Below, in pieces: positions 38,357 to 52,800 of a stretch of DNA of 64,000 nucleotides. The stretch lies in assembly GCF_000711695.1 (NCBI RefSeq), contig NW_013547017.1, forward strand, positions 248,001 to 312,000. Reading direction: 5' to 3'. Positions within the stretch are counted from its first letter, which is position 1; every line of letters starts with the position of its first letter. Origin of the DNA: Tilletiaria anomala UBC 951 (Eukaryota). The position numbers and the translations under genes are program-made. Below the pieces are notes generated by a model. That model ran no database searches. It worked only from the letters and a program-made list of their open reading frames with translations, and had not been told where the DNA came from.

Positions 38357-39371
38357 CTATCTGTCGTTTCTGTAATAGTCTCCATCATATCGGCGAGATG
38401 ATAACGCACGCCCAATCGGCGACCTAGAGCGAGATCGATGCTGATGTCTGAGTTCTCGCGCTCTGTGATCCTCGTAATATGACTGCCCAGCGTGCGTGTC
38501 ACGCTCAGATAACCGTCCATCGGCCCGCTCCTTCATACGTCTGCGATCCGAATAGCCTGCATGCTTGTCAAGAGTGCCCCGCGAGCGAGACTCGTGATCG
38601 CGTGGTCTCGATTCCCTGCGTTCCTGTCGCTCTGCTTTTCGCATCCGCTTCAGGTCGCGCTCTTCTTTACGACGGCGCTTTTCTTCCCTGCGCCGTGCCT
38701 TCTCTTCTGAGTCCTTGGATGAGCCAGCTCTTCGTTGCGTAGCAAAGTATGCCGCCATTGGGTCCTGCAGATCCGCATCGTCATCGTTTGGCGACGCATC
38801 TGCCTCGTCTTCGATCAGCTGAGGGGCGGCATTCATAGACTGCTCTTCTCGCTCCTCCATCTCCCCATCCTCTCCCCGGACCTTCGGCTGCTTGTACGAG
38901 CGAACATGGTCAACGCGCAGCGTTCTCTCTAAAACCTTGGCACCGTTCAGGTTGTCAACAGCGAGTACAGTCGAGCGTTGGTCCTCATACATGAGAAAGC
39001 CGAATCCCCGCTTCTTGCCCGTATCTTTCTCACGCGGAAGGTTGATATCCAGAATTTCACCGTACTGAGAGAAGATGGTAATGACGTCGCCTTCGGTCAG
39101 TTCCAGAGGAAGCCCGCCTACGAACACGTACGCGGAATCTGTGGGGAGATCATGAGCCATTGCCGTTAGCTTGAAGGACCTTCTTGGGCCGTGTGACATG
39201 TGCGTACGTGCCTTTGTATTCATCATGCCAGCTTCCAGCGCCACCAGAGACTGCAAGCTCTAGCTCCCTCTGATTTATGCGATTGATTTCGTGTACGTTG
39301 CTGCCAAAGCAAGAGGAGTAATGTCGGTGTCCCCACCTTGCAACGTATGACACCGCATGCACTCACTTCAT
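38357..39371 (-). CDS. IST3: RES complex RRM protein Ist3/Snu17 (RBMX2)
   Basis: First micro-exon ATG AA|gtgagt, then [48 protein letters not shown] and [16 protein letters not shown]...LRVDH. Confidence 0.92.
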
Positions 39372-39891
39372 GACGGAGTTGGGCAACAGGCAGCCCGATG
39401 CGCCGGCGGGCTTCTGCAGGTCTTCAGGCGAGCTGTTTCCTGTTTTCTTGGGCCATGAGAGTGTTGACCGTGGCAAGTTACGTATGGTATGGAGCTGCAG
39501 CCTGGAGGCAGTGTACCTACCTCATTGAGGAAAGTTGCATCACCGAGAACGGGAAAAGCTGAGACTCGTTTCGAGTCTGAAGACTTTCGCAGGCGTTGTT
39601 GTGTGGGCGATGTGTCCGTCACATTCACTGCGCGAGCAGGGGAGCTCCACAACTTTCGAGGTCATTCGCTCCTCTCCCCTATGAGGTCCTATCGCTTTCA
39701 ATTTCAGGATATTATTTACACCCTGGTTACAGGAGGTTCGCTGCTCGCAGGAAAGAATTGAATAGTTGCCAGACTCTCAATGCTCTGAAGGCCAGGTGGA
39801 AGAGCAACTCTGCCTGTCAGCCTCCACGGAGCCGAGGCGCTAACCTGTTGGGTTGCGTTCGGACGCAGATAGAAGTTGGTCGCGAAGCAAG

Positions 39892-40470
39892 ATGGACTCG
39901 ACAACAGGCTACCTCGACGACCTGCCTGCGTACCAAGGATCAAGCATTATGCACGCACTGCAAGCACAGTCGTTAGCAGGCAGCGGCCGTGAAGGTAGTC
40001 GAGGGTATCGGGATGCACTTCCCGGACCGTCAAACAGGCGCCCTGGGCAGGCCACGCGCAATGAAAGCCCTCAGACCCACAACATCAGCGATGAAGGCAA
40101 TGACGATGACGACTACACGGACAGCAGCAGCATTTCAAGCTACGATAGCGAAGAGGCCGCGCGGTTAGCACAGCAGGAGTGGGACGAGACGGTGCGGCAG
40201 TTTCAGACGATCGTGCAGATCATGGTCCTACCGTATATTGGAAAATACTTTGGGCGAAAATGGGGCTATTGGGGTACGTTACCTTACAAGGTGCTACATG
40301 CATGCGCTCTCAAAGTTCTTTGAAATTCGTGCTCATGCGCCATGCGATCCCTTGCAGTATTCGCACGATGGAAACTGCACGGCTTGGCGCCATCGTTCTT
40401 TGGCCTCGATTGGATGCTCACGGAGAACTCGTTCATCTCCTCGATCGGTACTGCCTTCTTCCAGCGATAG
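39892..40470 (+). CDS. MIM2: Mitochondrial import protein Mim2
   Basis: Acidic tract followed by AQQEWDETVRQFQTIVQIMVLPYIGKYFGRKWGYW, typical of Mim2. One intron about 40274-40357. Confidence 0.78.
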
Positions 40471-40759
40471 CCCACGCTCAGATGGGCATGCATTCGCACA
40501 CCCCAAGCACACATTCACATGAATCGTCGAGAAGCAGCCTACTTCATGTCCAGGTCTCCGAGTATGCCCATGCCCATGCACAGGTGCCAATGTATCATAC
40601 CCCCGACATGCATGAGACTGCCAGCGCTCACTTTGTACACGCTCGTCATGTATGTTGCTTGCGGTGACACTGCGATACATTAAAAATGTTGTTCGTCGTC
40701 TGCGATTTGCCGGTGACCTGACGTGGTACATGCATGAATATGTTATGCCCTTCTGTTCG

Positions 40760-40817
40760 GTTCTGTTGTTCTGTTGTTCATTTCAGTTCTGTTGTTCTGT
40801 TGTTCATTTCAGTTCTG
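40760..40817 (+). repeat. Tandem repeat, 26-nt unit x2 plus a partial copy
   Basis: gttctgttgttctgttgttcatttca occurs twice between the convergent MIM2 and KHA1 3' ends. Confidence 0.8.
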
Positions 40818-40967
40818 ACCCGATCATCGTCGCCGATACGTCATCCCAATGCCAAGAGAAAGTCGTGGTCGTTAACGGTGTTGTGATGCGAAAAGTAAAA
40901 AGGACCCCTTCCCTTCCAGTATCTGTGAACTGTCGAATACCATCTCAATGCGTGCACACAGTGCTGT

Positions 40968-43900
40968 TTAAGCGTGCTGTTGCTGCTGCGAAGAGCCAGA
41001 GCTGTTGACGCTGGAGGCCAAGACGAGCGTCAGCGCGGTGGTCCTGGCGAGCGTCAGTGCCATGGCCGGTTCGCCGACGACTTTGCACGTTTCTGAGTTA
41101 AGCTGGCGCTCCTTGGTGCTGCTCGCCGCTGCTGCGGCCAGAGCCGACCTGGTCGCATCCTCGGCTCCGACGCCGACGCCGAGCGTGCCGCCGAGCGTGC
41201 CGTTGACGAGCAAGAAGCGCAGCTCCTCGCGGTGCGTCATGGCAGGTGCCTTGCGGCCGCGGCCGACGATGACGACGGTGGGTTGCTCCGCTTCGACGGC
41301 GAGGACGAGGTCGCGCAGGACGCGTGGGGTTCTGATTTCGCGCACAGCAAAGCGCTCACTGAAGCTCGCGCTGAGCTCCTGTGCCTTGGTGATCGCCAGG
41401 TCGTCGGCGAGCGTCGCTTCCATGGGCGTCTGGCCAAAGTTGCTAGGGTACATGGTATCCTGCACGATGCTATTGTGGTTGTTGTTGCCAGCAGCGCCTT
41501 GCACGTGGTGTAGCGACTGCGCGTGGTGCAACGTAGGCGGGATGCTCGGCACGGCCAGGTCGCCACCATTGGCGTTGCTGCTGCCGCTGGCCTCGCCGTC
41601 GCCACTGCCAGGCTCGGTGCGCCTGAAGCGTAGGACGGTGACGTGCAGATCCGGGTTGGACGCGCAGAGGCGCAGTGATAGCGCGAGCGCCGCGCGGTCG
41701 TCTGGGCCGCCAAAGAAGCCGACGAGAAGGTTGTTGTGCTGTGCTGCCGCCGCCCCCGCCGTCGCCAAGGCGCTGTTCGCGGGCCGCGTGAGCAGGACGC
41801 CAACGTCGCACGCGGCGGTCTGGAAGACCTTTCGCACGAAGTTAGCCTGGTGCGGCGAGCGCCTGTCGCTGGCGCTCGCGCTATCGCCGCTGCCTGGAGC
41901 CGCAGCACTGGCAACGCGGCCAAAGATGTTCTCGAAGGGGTTCGAGACTTGTTGCTGCTGCTCACCGGCGGCAGGCCGGCCAGACGGCGCGACGGTCCAA
42001 GGCACGACAACGAGGTTGGAGTGCACGTTGCACGCGCGCGCAACAACTGTCGCGCTGTACTCGTCTGTCGGCACGACGGCGATGCTGGAGCGCACGGGGA
42101 GGCGGTTGAGGTGGCCGAAGGTGCGGAAGACGTTGAGGATCGGGTCGGCGCGCATCGTGTCGTCCGATTCGGACAGCTTCATCACCGCTGACGTGCGGTC
42201 TGTCAGCTCGATCAGACGCAGCGCATCGATGCTAATGTCTGCCTGCGGCTGCTCACTGCCGCTGGCGTCTGGCATCGCAGCGTGGTGCGGCGCATCCGAA
42301 CGGAGGACAGGCGTGGCGGAGCTGACGGCAGCATCTTTTGTGGCCCCGTCCTTCTCGGCACCAGCTGCTTCTCCCGCCTCCCTGCTTGTGTCAATGTCCA
42401 CATCCGCGTCAGCGTCCTTGCTCGACTCGGCGGCGGACGACGTCGCCGAGGAGGGCACCACGGCGGCGGCGGCGGTGTTCTGTCTGCGCAGTGGTGCCTC
42501 GGACGGCTTGATAAGCTGGACGAGCGTCATGAGCCCCGGGAGGTGGTCGAACTTGTCGAGGACGACGAGGAGGCGCTTGTTGCTGCAGAGTGCAGCGCTG
42601 CCCTCGTCATCTTCGTCCTCCTCTTGATCGGCGCCGTCGCGCACGCCCTTGTCCGCTGCTGCTCCTGCTCCGGCGGAGGCGGACTTGCTGGCGGCGGCAC
42701 CGGCGGACGGAGCGTCATGGAGGTAAGTGCGCAGGCGCTCGGGGTATGCGAGGAGCGTGAGCGGCGTCGTGGCGACAGTGGAGACGAGGGCCATGACGAC
42801 GAACATGCTAAAGGTGCGCGTGTCGAGGATGCCGGCGGAGAGGCCAATGTTGAGCACAATGAGCTCGACGAGGCCCTTGCACGACATGAGCGTGCCGACG
42901 GCGAGGGACTCGCGGACGCCGAGGCCGCACCAGCGCGCAGCCGCAGCGCAGGCGCCAAACTTGGAGGTAAAGGCGATGGCGATAATGGCGATGAGGTAAC
43001 CCCAAACGGTTCCGTTGTCCAGGCTGGCGAGGTTCGTCTTGAGACCGGAGAGGGCAAAGTAGATGGGCAGGAAGAGCACCGCGACGAGGTCTTCGATCTT
43101 CTCAAACATGGCGACTGCAAAGCCGCCGTCGTGGGGGATCATGAGGCCGACGAGGAAGGAGCCAAAGATGGGGTGCACGCCAATGACGTCGGTGAGCCAG
43201 GCGCTGGCGAAGACGAGTAGGAGGGTGACCGTCATCATCACCTGGTTTGGGCCGTTTTCAAAGGCGCCGATGCGGCGCGCAAACCAGATGAACGCGGGCT
43301 TAATCAGCAGGAACAGGACGAGCGCCCAGGCGACGGTGGTCAGCAGGACCCAAAGCGCGGTGAGGCCGCTGGAGGCATTAACGAGGGCGACGGTGAGCGC
43401 GAGAAGGATCCAGCCGACGACGTCATTGCTGACGCCGGCGGCGAGTACGATAACACCGACCTTGGTCTGAGTCAGGCGCGTCTCAGTGAGGATGCGCGCA
43501 AGAACGGGAAAAGCGGTGATGGCCATGGCGACGCCAGTGAAGAGGATAAAGTGGCCGAGGCTGACCGTGTCGTGGTGGATGAGGTCACGGTAGATCCCGA
43601 CCGAGACGGCTGCGCCGAGGCCAAATGGGAAGATCATGCCGACGACACCAATGCTGACTGCCTCCTTGTAGCATTTTTTGACCGCGCGCAGGTCTACCTC
43701 CACGCCGACGAGGAAGAGGAAGAGGACAAGGCCGAGGGTGGAGACGAGGTTGAGAAAGGGGAGTGACTGCTGGGGGAAGATGTGCTGGCTAAAGCCGGGG
43801 ATGCGCCCAAACACGGTTGGGCCGAGGAGAATCCCGCCTAAGACCTCTGCAATGACGCGCGGCTGGCGCACGTACGCGAGACCCCATCCGAGCAGGCGGG

Positions 43901-44187
43901 TGAAGACGATGCTTGATCAACGCAACACAGTGTCAGACCAGAGAAAGCACGCTTTGAAGCGAGGTAGCAGCAGCAGCGGCTCACATGATAACAGCCTGGA
44001 TGATGAACAGTCGTAGAGGGTTCGAGGTCTCGAACGCCGTTGGGTCGATGCCGGAGATGATGCTGTCCGAGTGCGCGCCACCGCTGGTACTGTTGCCTTG
44101 CGCGGCGCGTGCAGCGAGGAGCATGGCGCTAGCGGTATCGGCTGCGAGCTCGCGCGGCATGGCAAGGTAGCGTGGGCCGTCGAACAT
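40968..44187 (-). CDS. KHA1: K+/H+ antiporter (CPA2 family)
   Basis: Motifs NPLRLFIIQ, RQPRVIAEVLGGILLGPT, AITAFPVLARIL, NDVVGWILLAL, FLPIYFALSGLKT, LMSCKGLVELIVLNIG and FFGGPDDRAAL. One intron about 43914-43986. Confidence 0.93.
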
Positions 44188-45406
44188 GATGGCTTTTGGG
44201 CTGGGCTGGGCGCGAGATACAAACGGGACGCGACACGACGCGTGCTCGCTGGCTAGTTTGCTCGACGAGGAAGACGCTGGTTGCTGTTGTTTATACACTT
44301 ATATACCAATCCATACATGTGTTGTGTGTGAGGAACAGTCGAGTGCAGTCAGTGGCGCCACTCCACTCTGCTGCCGCCCATGCACTCCACCGCACCGCAT
44401 TGCACCACTGTATGTCTGTACCCCGTGCCTGGGCTCTTGGCTTGCCCGCCACTGGCAGACCTTGGGGGGGAAGGGGGGGGAGAGAGGCCGACTGGCGACA
44501 TTGGTCTGGCGTCCGGCGAGTCCCCGTTCTGCTCTCCGCGTCCACCAGGCAAGACAGACTGTTTCTCTCTTGCTGGGTAGTGCGCGCACCCTGACATCAC
44601 ACTCTCCCTCCTCGCTCCCTACGATCGAGTGCACCATCCATTAGCCGTCACACACACGCCACACCCAGAAGCATCTTCGCAGGGATGGGACTGAGCCGCG
44701 CTTTGCTCACGTGTTGTTGTTTTTTGCCCAGGCTGAAAACGCGTCCGTGAGACCCGTATAATGTCTGACATGGGTGTCTCGCTGACGAACGCAAAGACGT
44801 TCTGCCAATGTGTCACAAACATTATGCAGGCCAGTCTCCTCTCTTCCCTTCGCTTATGGCAATTACACTTGAATACAAAGTACATACTTGTGCTCAAACG
44901 GCTTCCATGACAGTATGACACTCAACCAATAGGACGACTGATTCACGCGACGCTTGTTTGACCTCGCCGAACCCCTGCAGGCCTCATCGACCGATGCTTA
45001 CCTAATCCTACCGCTGCTGAACTCTGGCGTCTGGACCTCACCTTGCACGTCCTCGGACACTGCTCATGCATATGCATATGTATATGGTTGCGATTATATC
45101 ATGCTGGTCTACAGCATGTCGCCACAACGTCCTCTTTTAAATCTACAAGGCTTGGGCAGTCTGAGAGGGTAAAACTCATGCCCTGTTGTGGAGAGGCCAT
45201 GGTGCCGTTTGAACCTGTGCCAACCTGGATCAAGCGTGTGTATAGCTGCTCGCCGGCGGAGGTGTTGCTCTTCGATGTACTATACTATACATGCGATGGC
45301 GTCTCGGTGCACCAAGGAAATACATACGCATTCACGCAGCCAACGAAAACAAAAGGCAACCGGTGGCTCCCCGCAAGGCTGTACATAACGCACCCACGCG
45401 CACACA

Positions 45407-48400
45407 TCAAAAGTGCGAGACGCCTTCGTTGTCCAGGCTGCTGATGCGCTTGCGCTGCTCGCCCGCCGCATTCCGCAGCCGCTGCAGCCCATCTTGCACA
45501 CCGCCCTTGAGCCACTGCGCCGTGCGGAAGCCCTTGAGCTGCGCCGCGCCCCGCTGCTGCCGGTGCAGCGTCCGTTTGCGCGACTCGGCGCTCGCCCGGT
45601 GCACCGCGCCGTCGCCATCGTCATCGGAGAGGGAGGGCGAGGAGCCGGGAGAGTCCCTCCTGCGTTCGCGGCCATACTCGTCTCCATCATCGTCATACCC
45701 CCCGTCGACTTGCCCACCGCCACCGAGGGCGAACTCGGACGGTATGCCGACATCGTACAGATCATCAGACTCGTAGCCATCCTCCCCGGCACTGGCGCCG
45801 AGGGCGGCGCTCCGCGAACGCCGAAGTGCCGCCAGCTTCTTCGGGCGCGGGTGCTCGCCCGCGTCAACCGCGACAAGGTGCGTCTCCCACGCCACGCGCA
45901 TCTCCGCGTCGCCCGCGACGAGCGCCTTGTGCTCCGTCGCGATGCCCGGCACGAACGCCAGCGTCAGCTCCAGCGTGCCAATGCGCCGAATCCCGTTGCC
46001 GTTGTTGTCGCCGCTGCTGCATTCAGCCAGCACGTCTGGCACATCGCGCTGCGTCAGCGTGCATAACTCCTCCATCATCGGCCGCTCGTGCGGCCCAGGC
46101 GCCCGCGACTGGAGGAGTGCCTCGCGTCGCCGGCGGAGCAGCGCGCGGTACACGTCCTGGTCCACGTGGTCGCCCTCGCCGGCAAAGATGGGCACGCGCA
46201 GCGTCGTCGGCTTTCTGTCGACGATGTGATCCAGCGAAATCACCGCGTGCCCGATCCGCGGTCGCTTGCTTGGCCTGCGCCGTTCCTGCACCAGGCGCAC
46301 ATGTACCCAGCACGGGTAGCGCTGCCGGATCGCCAGCCGCATCGCCTCCCTCATGGGCCAGTCGATACGCAACGACGCAGGTGACGAGGACGGCAACGCG
46401 CCGCCGCCTTCTTGGCTGCCGACCGGCACGGGTACCGGCTCGACGCTCGCGCTGCAAATCCTGCCACCATACGTCTCGAAAATGACCGCCATGTTCTTCT
46501 CGTTCCCAGCCGCTCCTCTGTCAATCGTGGCGCCGAGTTTGTCGACCTTGAGCACGCCGACGTTCCATCCGCGCAGCGCGGCGGGGATTTGCACGTCCAG
46601 CGAGCGGAACACGACAGAGATCTTCATACGCCCAAAGCCCAGCCCGCCAGTGAGCGTGTGCCAGTCCGTGTGCCGTCCCGAGTCCTTGAGCACGTCCGCA
46701 AGCCGGACGCTCACCAGCCCAAGGACCGCATCCGCCTCGCGCATCCTTGCGTCCTTGACGACGAAATCCAGCCGGCATGTGCGCCAGTCGAGCACGAAAC
46801 GCTCACCGCCTGCATTAAAGTACGGTTGCGCATTGAGCACTGCGAGCGGGCGGAGCAAGCAGTGTCAGCAAGCGCCCCCTTGAGGCTTACGCTTTTGCTG
46901 AAGCACTCACCTGCAGTTCTCGTTTTGAGAATGGGCTGGTCATTCAAGCAGACGTAGCAGTAGGACGATGGAAACTTGGAATCCTCGCCCATGACGTCTT
47001 CGAGGCGCGTTCGGGGCCGCATACCCTGATCCTGGCTGCGGCCGCTGCCGGAGAGCGTCTTTTGCGGGGGTAAGATCTCGAGGCCGTGGATGTTGTGGAT
47101 GTGGTAGCAGACGATGCCGGACGGCAGCTCCGGCATAGGCGCTTTCGCTTGCTGCTCCTCCGCACCTTGGATCATGGCGATGAGCTTCTTGACTCGCTCG
47201 CCCCGCGCCAGGCGCGCTTTCAGCAAATCCGTGTCGGTTTCGAACCCTAGTCGCTGTACAACCCGATCGAAACCCGTCATGTACTGCTCGAGATTCGCAG
47301 CTTTCACGCCATCCTTATCCTCTTGCACACCTGTTACCCCACCCGCGTCTAAAGTGCTCACACCATCCTTCTCGTCTTGCTTGGCTACCTGCGCGCTCGC
47401 CACCTTGTGCGGGAGCGAGAGGCCAAAGAAGCCGACGCTGTAGCTGAGAGTACCCTGCACCTCACTTACTTGATCGAAAGGCTCCAGCTCATCCGTCCTG
47501 TATTCGAGCATAATCTGCGCGTCCCTCCCTTTGCGGCTCATGGCGCGCGTGAGAAGATGCTGCAGGGGAACATCGATCTTCCCTAGCGGGTCGTCCACCG
47601 AGAAACGATCGGCGTCGTAGACAGTGAGGCGCAACGAGTCGTGTGCACGGATCTCATCAGGTGTGACGAGCAAGAAACCCGACTCCTGCCACACAGGATC
47701 ACAGCTCCTGCGTACAACGCGCGTCGAGAAGAGCGGTCGTCCCGAACGTGCAAAGCACGCCTGGACGAACGGGTCGGACTTGCCGTTCGTATCCGCCGCA
47801 GCGAGGTCCGTGGCTTGATGGATGATCAGCGAGATGACGCCGACGGCGTATGGGTGCTGCGGGCCCTCGCCTGCGCTGAGCAGCGCTGCTACGTCGACCG
47901 TGTACGCCTTCGGCATCACAAATCCCTTCACGACGCGTTCGATCGAGCGGAGGATGTACGATGAGATGAGCGGCAGCTGCATCGCATCGACCACCATTTT
48001 CTTGCCTAGCGGCTTGGCGGATATTTCGAGCTTTGGCTGTCCAATCAGTGTGAACGCGACGTGCTTGACAAAGGGGAGGACCGGTGTGACTTGTAGCCGC
48101 AGGCGCATTCGGCCTTCGATACCCAGCACTTCGATCCATACCGGCACAGAGATGGCAGCGAGCTTCTTGATGCCGATGCCCAGATAGAGGAGCATGCTGA
48201 GCAAGAAGAGTTGTCAGCGGTGAAATGTTATCATTTTAAGGCTCCTGATGATGTCGCGCTCGCACTCACTGAAGTTTTTCTCTTCCCTTTTGAATGATAT
48301 CATCTTCCGAAAGCTGCACGTCACCCTCGAAATCGGTTTTTTGGTTCATCTTACCGCACGACCTGCCGTCAAGCGTGCTAGGCGCACGGTAGACAAAATC

Positions 48401-49832
48401 GACTTCCAGATTGATAAAGTCGCCACTGTCTAGATGGCCCTCCTCGTGCGTCGGCAAGGTATCTTCCTCGTTCTGCTTCGACTTCTTGCGCCACAGCCTC
48501 TTATGCTCCGCTCGCGCGTTTTCGTCGCCGTCTGCATCGCCCGCAAGAAAGGCGTCGATGCTGGGTGGAAGGACCTTGAAGCACTTCAGGCGAGGCGGAA
48601 GACTTCCTTGATCCAAGTCGTGCACGCGTGCTGAGTGTACGATCCCAGGTACTTGCTGCATCAGCGCATCCTCCAGCAGATCGATGAAAGGGGCAAAGTA
48701 ATCGTGCCCGATCAAGGGCCATACGTGCGAGAGGACCGTGTTCACCCATTCTACGGTCTCTCCGAAGGGGTATGGGGCCCCTGGTAAGGTGTTTTCCTTC
48801 TCCGAAAACAGAGCCAATATGTCGTTCGGTGACTGCGAGCCGATTCAAGTATGTCAGACCGCAATTCTGGTAAACAGCTTTGCAAGGTAAGAGCCTCACC
48901 ATCCCATGCTGACTCAAGATCCTGCGAACCTGCTCCTCGACAAGCCATCGATCATCCTGCTCCTGCCGCTCCAGGCTTTTGAGCAGCACGAATCCGAGTG
49001 ATGCAACAACCAGGCAAGCTGCCAGAAACGCCGTTTTTGTGTAGTGCTGACCCACATGTGCCGTGAAGACGGCGACGACGGCGGTGGCAGTGAAGAAGGT
49101 AAACAACAGGCGTCGTTGCGAACGACTGCGCTCGGTGAGCTGATTGAAGAAACGCGACAGGATATCTGTGTTCTTGCTGCTGCTGATGTCGGCTGCAGCC
49201 GTGACATGTGTGTCTTGGGTAGTTGTATTCGTCAGCGGTGTATCAGGCAAAGAAGCCGTATTGCGGACGGGTACGGCCGCTGGGATCTTTCTTTGCTGCG
49301 TGGGAGTGAGAGCTGTATCTCCTTCGTCAACTGGGGCTGGGGTCAGACGAGAAAGCACGGGCTTCCCCCCTCTTGTAGAGGACGAATCAAGTGAAGGCGC
49401 ATTTGCGTGTAAAGCTTGAGCAGCTTGCGCACCTTGCGACACCAAAGCATATGCAGTAGTCAGAGGCATAGGACCCTCATCTCTTTCTCGGTCGTCGTGT
49501 CCTGAATGGGCCTGCAGTGAGGGGACAGAGTCCATATCCGCAGCTGTCACGGAAGCGGCTTTGGAGTGCCGTTTACTTGAGCTGGTCCGATCGCGGGCTT
49601 TGTGAAGGAACGAGGCAGACGACCTGCGGATCGAGTCAAATGGAGATGCGGAAGATCTGGAAGATGATGAGGCCGCAGAAATCGAAGACTGCGCGGCTGA
49701 GAGTCCCGTTGACGTTCGAGCAAGAGCATTCTGCTGGTCCATCGCTGCGCCAGCGGACTGCTGGCCAAAATCCACTGCGGGAGAAATTGAGCTTGGGCCT
49801 TGGTGCTCCAGCGCCTTCGCTGCGGAAGCCAT
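45407..49832 (-). CDS. Membrane SMP + C2-domain protein (Mug190/tricalbin-like)
   Basis: Two TM segments, then ETVEWVNTVLSHVWPLI, VPVWIEVLGIEG, a C2 domain (ADTNGKSDPF...VYDADRFSVDDPLG), PSSYCYVCLND, VKDARMREADAVLG and LTGGLGFG. About three introns. The start is tentative. Confidence 0.82.
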
Positions 49833-52800
49833 CACGGAGGGTGCTTTTAAGCTGCTTTGAAGTGAGAAAGGGTCAATTCCCTCAGTCGCTGGCGGACCTT
49901 GCAGGTGGCGAAAGGCGGGCCTTGACCCCGGCTGCTCAAGCTCGATACGTTTGCTCCTCGAAGGTGGTCAGCATGCACGCATCGATGCCGCCCAATGGGA
50001 CCAACAGGGCTCTACAGAGCATTGATGATTGCATAGGACGTTTGGAACTCGACCATGTTTCAGCATGCGTACGTCGGCTGCAGTTTGACTATTTGACTAC
50101 ATTGACATGTCATCATGGCTTTCATACTGCTGTCGCTCGTTTGCGGGCGGGCGCTCGGCGAGCAATGGAGTGGAGCCAGAGCTGTGCAACTCTTCCTCTG
50201 ACGGCAACTACCAGTGGTCCGTGGGCGCAGGACGCAGCTTTATGGGTCGGCCTTGGTGCGCTTGGCTCTAGGGTTAGTGTTTGTTTGCATGGGTAGTCCG
50301 AGCTTCCAAAACGAGAGGGCTGTAGGCGCAATAATTAATATGCGCCAATTCACGATGCCCAATACCAAACACATACATATGCTGGCGCCGAGCATGTGCT
50401 AATCATGTTCGGGGTTGGGGGCGCATGCAGATCATCACCCCAGGTTTGGTGTGCAATTCAATGACGAGGCATTTGCTTTCGAATTTCAGCATTATCAAGT
50501 CTTGCGAGTTACATGTATGATGATTTCGATAAGCTCCTTTCTATTGCGTTCATGGCAGCGTATGGTAGTATCTGCTATGTAGAGCGTATCACAATCTAAG
50601 GTACATTGTGTGAACCATGCTTTACTCTGCGCAATCCCTATGGCGTTTAATTGCGTGACTGAGGTGTGTAAAAGTTGGAAGGCTGAAGGTCGGGTTGGTC
50701 AGACAGAACGAATGTGAGTAGATTAGAAAGGGTCACTATGCGTTCGTCGCGGGCGCCTTTGGCGCAGCAGCAGCAATGGGTACGAACTCCGTCACGGTGT
50801 TGAGGCTCGCCACGTGACCCCAGTGACCTTGTACGCAGCGGCGGTGCTCGAATCCGTCGCCGAGCGCGGCAAGGTCAACACGTCGCCGCATACTTGTGCA
50901 GATCTCTCGGGCCCCTAAGCGATGCCCCGGCCCATGCCAAAGCGGTTGCCTAAAAAGCAAAGGTCGAAGCCCTTGCTGCTGTGTGTGAATGAGATGAGAT
51001 GGTGTCTTTATCATGGACACGCCCGCTTGAGCAGCTTCGAGCAGCTTCCTCTCTGCCCTCACCAGCAAGTCCAAAAGGACAAGACTCCCGCACTTTGGTC
51101 GTTCAGCCAATTGAATGACCCGTATTCCGCCCGCCGCCCGTTCCCTCGGCTTCGGCACCCAGAGCGCCAAATGCCAGTGCAATAGCAGCGTCCAAGCAAA
51201 CCGCATCGTCCGGCAAGCACATGTGATTACTAGCGTTTGCAGGCTTCCCGAGCCCGTCTTTACCGACAGGGCCAAAGATGTAGTGGCACTGTCAACAAAG
51301 GCAAATATTAGCACAGGAAAGATAACTTCGGGACGTTGGGGCCAGCATAAAACCCACAGCTTGCAATTTGCTCTGCTCTTCCCACGGCACTTACCAAGCG
51401 GGGTTGAATGGGTAGGGGTCCGATTGCGCCAAATAAGGACGCTAGAACACCAAAGGATGATGAATATGAGTTGAATACTCCATCTAGGCTCCTCAATGCG
51501 GCCAATGAAGGCACCTTAGCACCCGCGAAGGACACCTCGCCTAGCAATCTTGATCCAAGTCCGCGTGCTTTGCGCTCGGTCCGCAGCGTGCACTGATATT
51601 CTCTTTCCGAACTACGTGAACATGGTGGAGATAACGCCCATGCTGGTGAGCGCCAACGCTGCTGCTGCAGCAACCGTAATTGAAGTCGTTAGCAAAAGCG
51701 CCGGCCAAGTGTGTACCATCTGCAGCTTTTCTTGCCGAAAGGAAGGCTAGGCTGTGACCTGGCCGTGTCCGGCTTATCATCGATCGTCTATGTTCAGCAG
51801 GGAAGCCTGTGATTGCAATTTATTGTACGAGGTTCAAAGATAAGTGATGAATCTCGCCGAATGTTCATGGACACCAGCTTAAGTTAAATTTTTGTTTCCT
51901 CTTGTATCTTTGTATCTAGACTCCGGCTGCGATCTTTGAGCGCCTAAGCAGCGGGTGAGCACTGGATGTGACGTCCATACGTTGCCGCCACAAACCACTT
52001 AACAGACACCGTGGCAAGAGTGTGAATCACCGCTTAACCGCAGCCGAAGATGTATGTGCGGCAGTTTCTATGCTCACAGGTAGGCATTGACCGTTGAGCA
52101 CATGCCGTACACTGTCGTACTTATGAGTACGTGACAGATGCATGCTACTTGTCCATACGTTCTCCCAAGACGTAAACACTACTACTTTCGTATGTATAAG
52201 AGTGAAGAGTTTGGAAGCAGCTCTGGACAAATCTCGTTTACAGTGTTGAAGTAGGCTGCAAATAGAGCCGTTCTACGTTTCTAGGCTGGTGTATTGACAA
52301 TAGACCGTACATCGAGCGTCGACCACGGTGAAACAGGAGAGAGCATTGCAATCCAGCTGAAGCCCGTTGAAGCAATGACCCAATAACGAGAAGTTTCCTT
52401 CTGTAAAAGCAAACTCGTTTCTACACACTCATACATCCAAGCATATATGTAGGCAGCAAGAGTGATAGAAGCCAGAAGGTCATAATTGTGAACAGCGCAC
52501 ATCGATTGGACACGCAAAGCCGTTGGAGGCTATAAACATCAAATTGAAAACGGGCGCCGTGCTCTTCAAGTGCAATCACATCTCAGGGGTGTGGCGGTGC
52601 CTCTGGAAGTCTTGACGGAGCAATGTGTTTATGGCGTGCACGTTTGGACTTTCTAATATGTGAACTCGAGAGTCGAAGACTTTCAAGACAAGGGTAGGTT
52701 GTCTGCACTGATGAGACTGGGTGAACTGGAGAACCAGCGCTACAGAACCCAGCCCCCAAGCTCTCTGAAGAGCTTCTTTACGAGCAGCAAGCAGCAAAAA

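Noticed and set aside
41005..43470. Long + strand ORFs (540 aa, 312 aa)
   Set aside because: Antisense shadows of the GC-rich KHA1 coding sequence.
45413..46957. Several overlapping + strand ORFs
   Set aside because: Antisense shadows of the GC-rich C2-domain gene.
50790..50870. tRNA-like T-arm (gcggcgg tgctcgaat ccgtcgc)
   Set aside because: No convincing D-arm, anticodon arm or canonical TTC loop.
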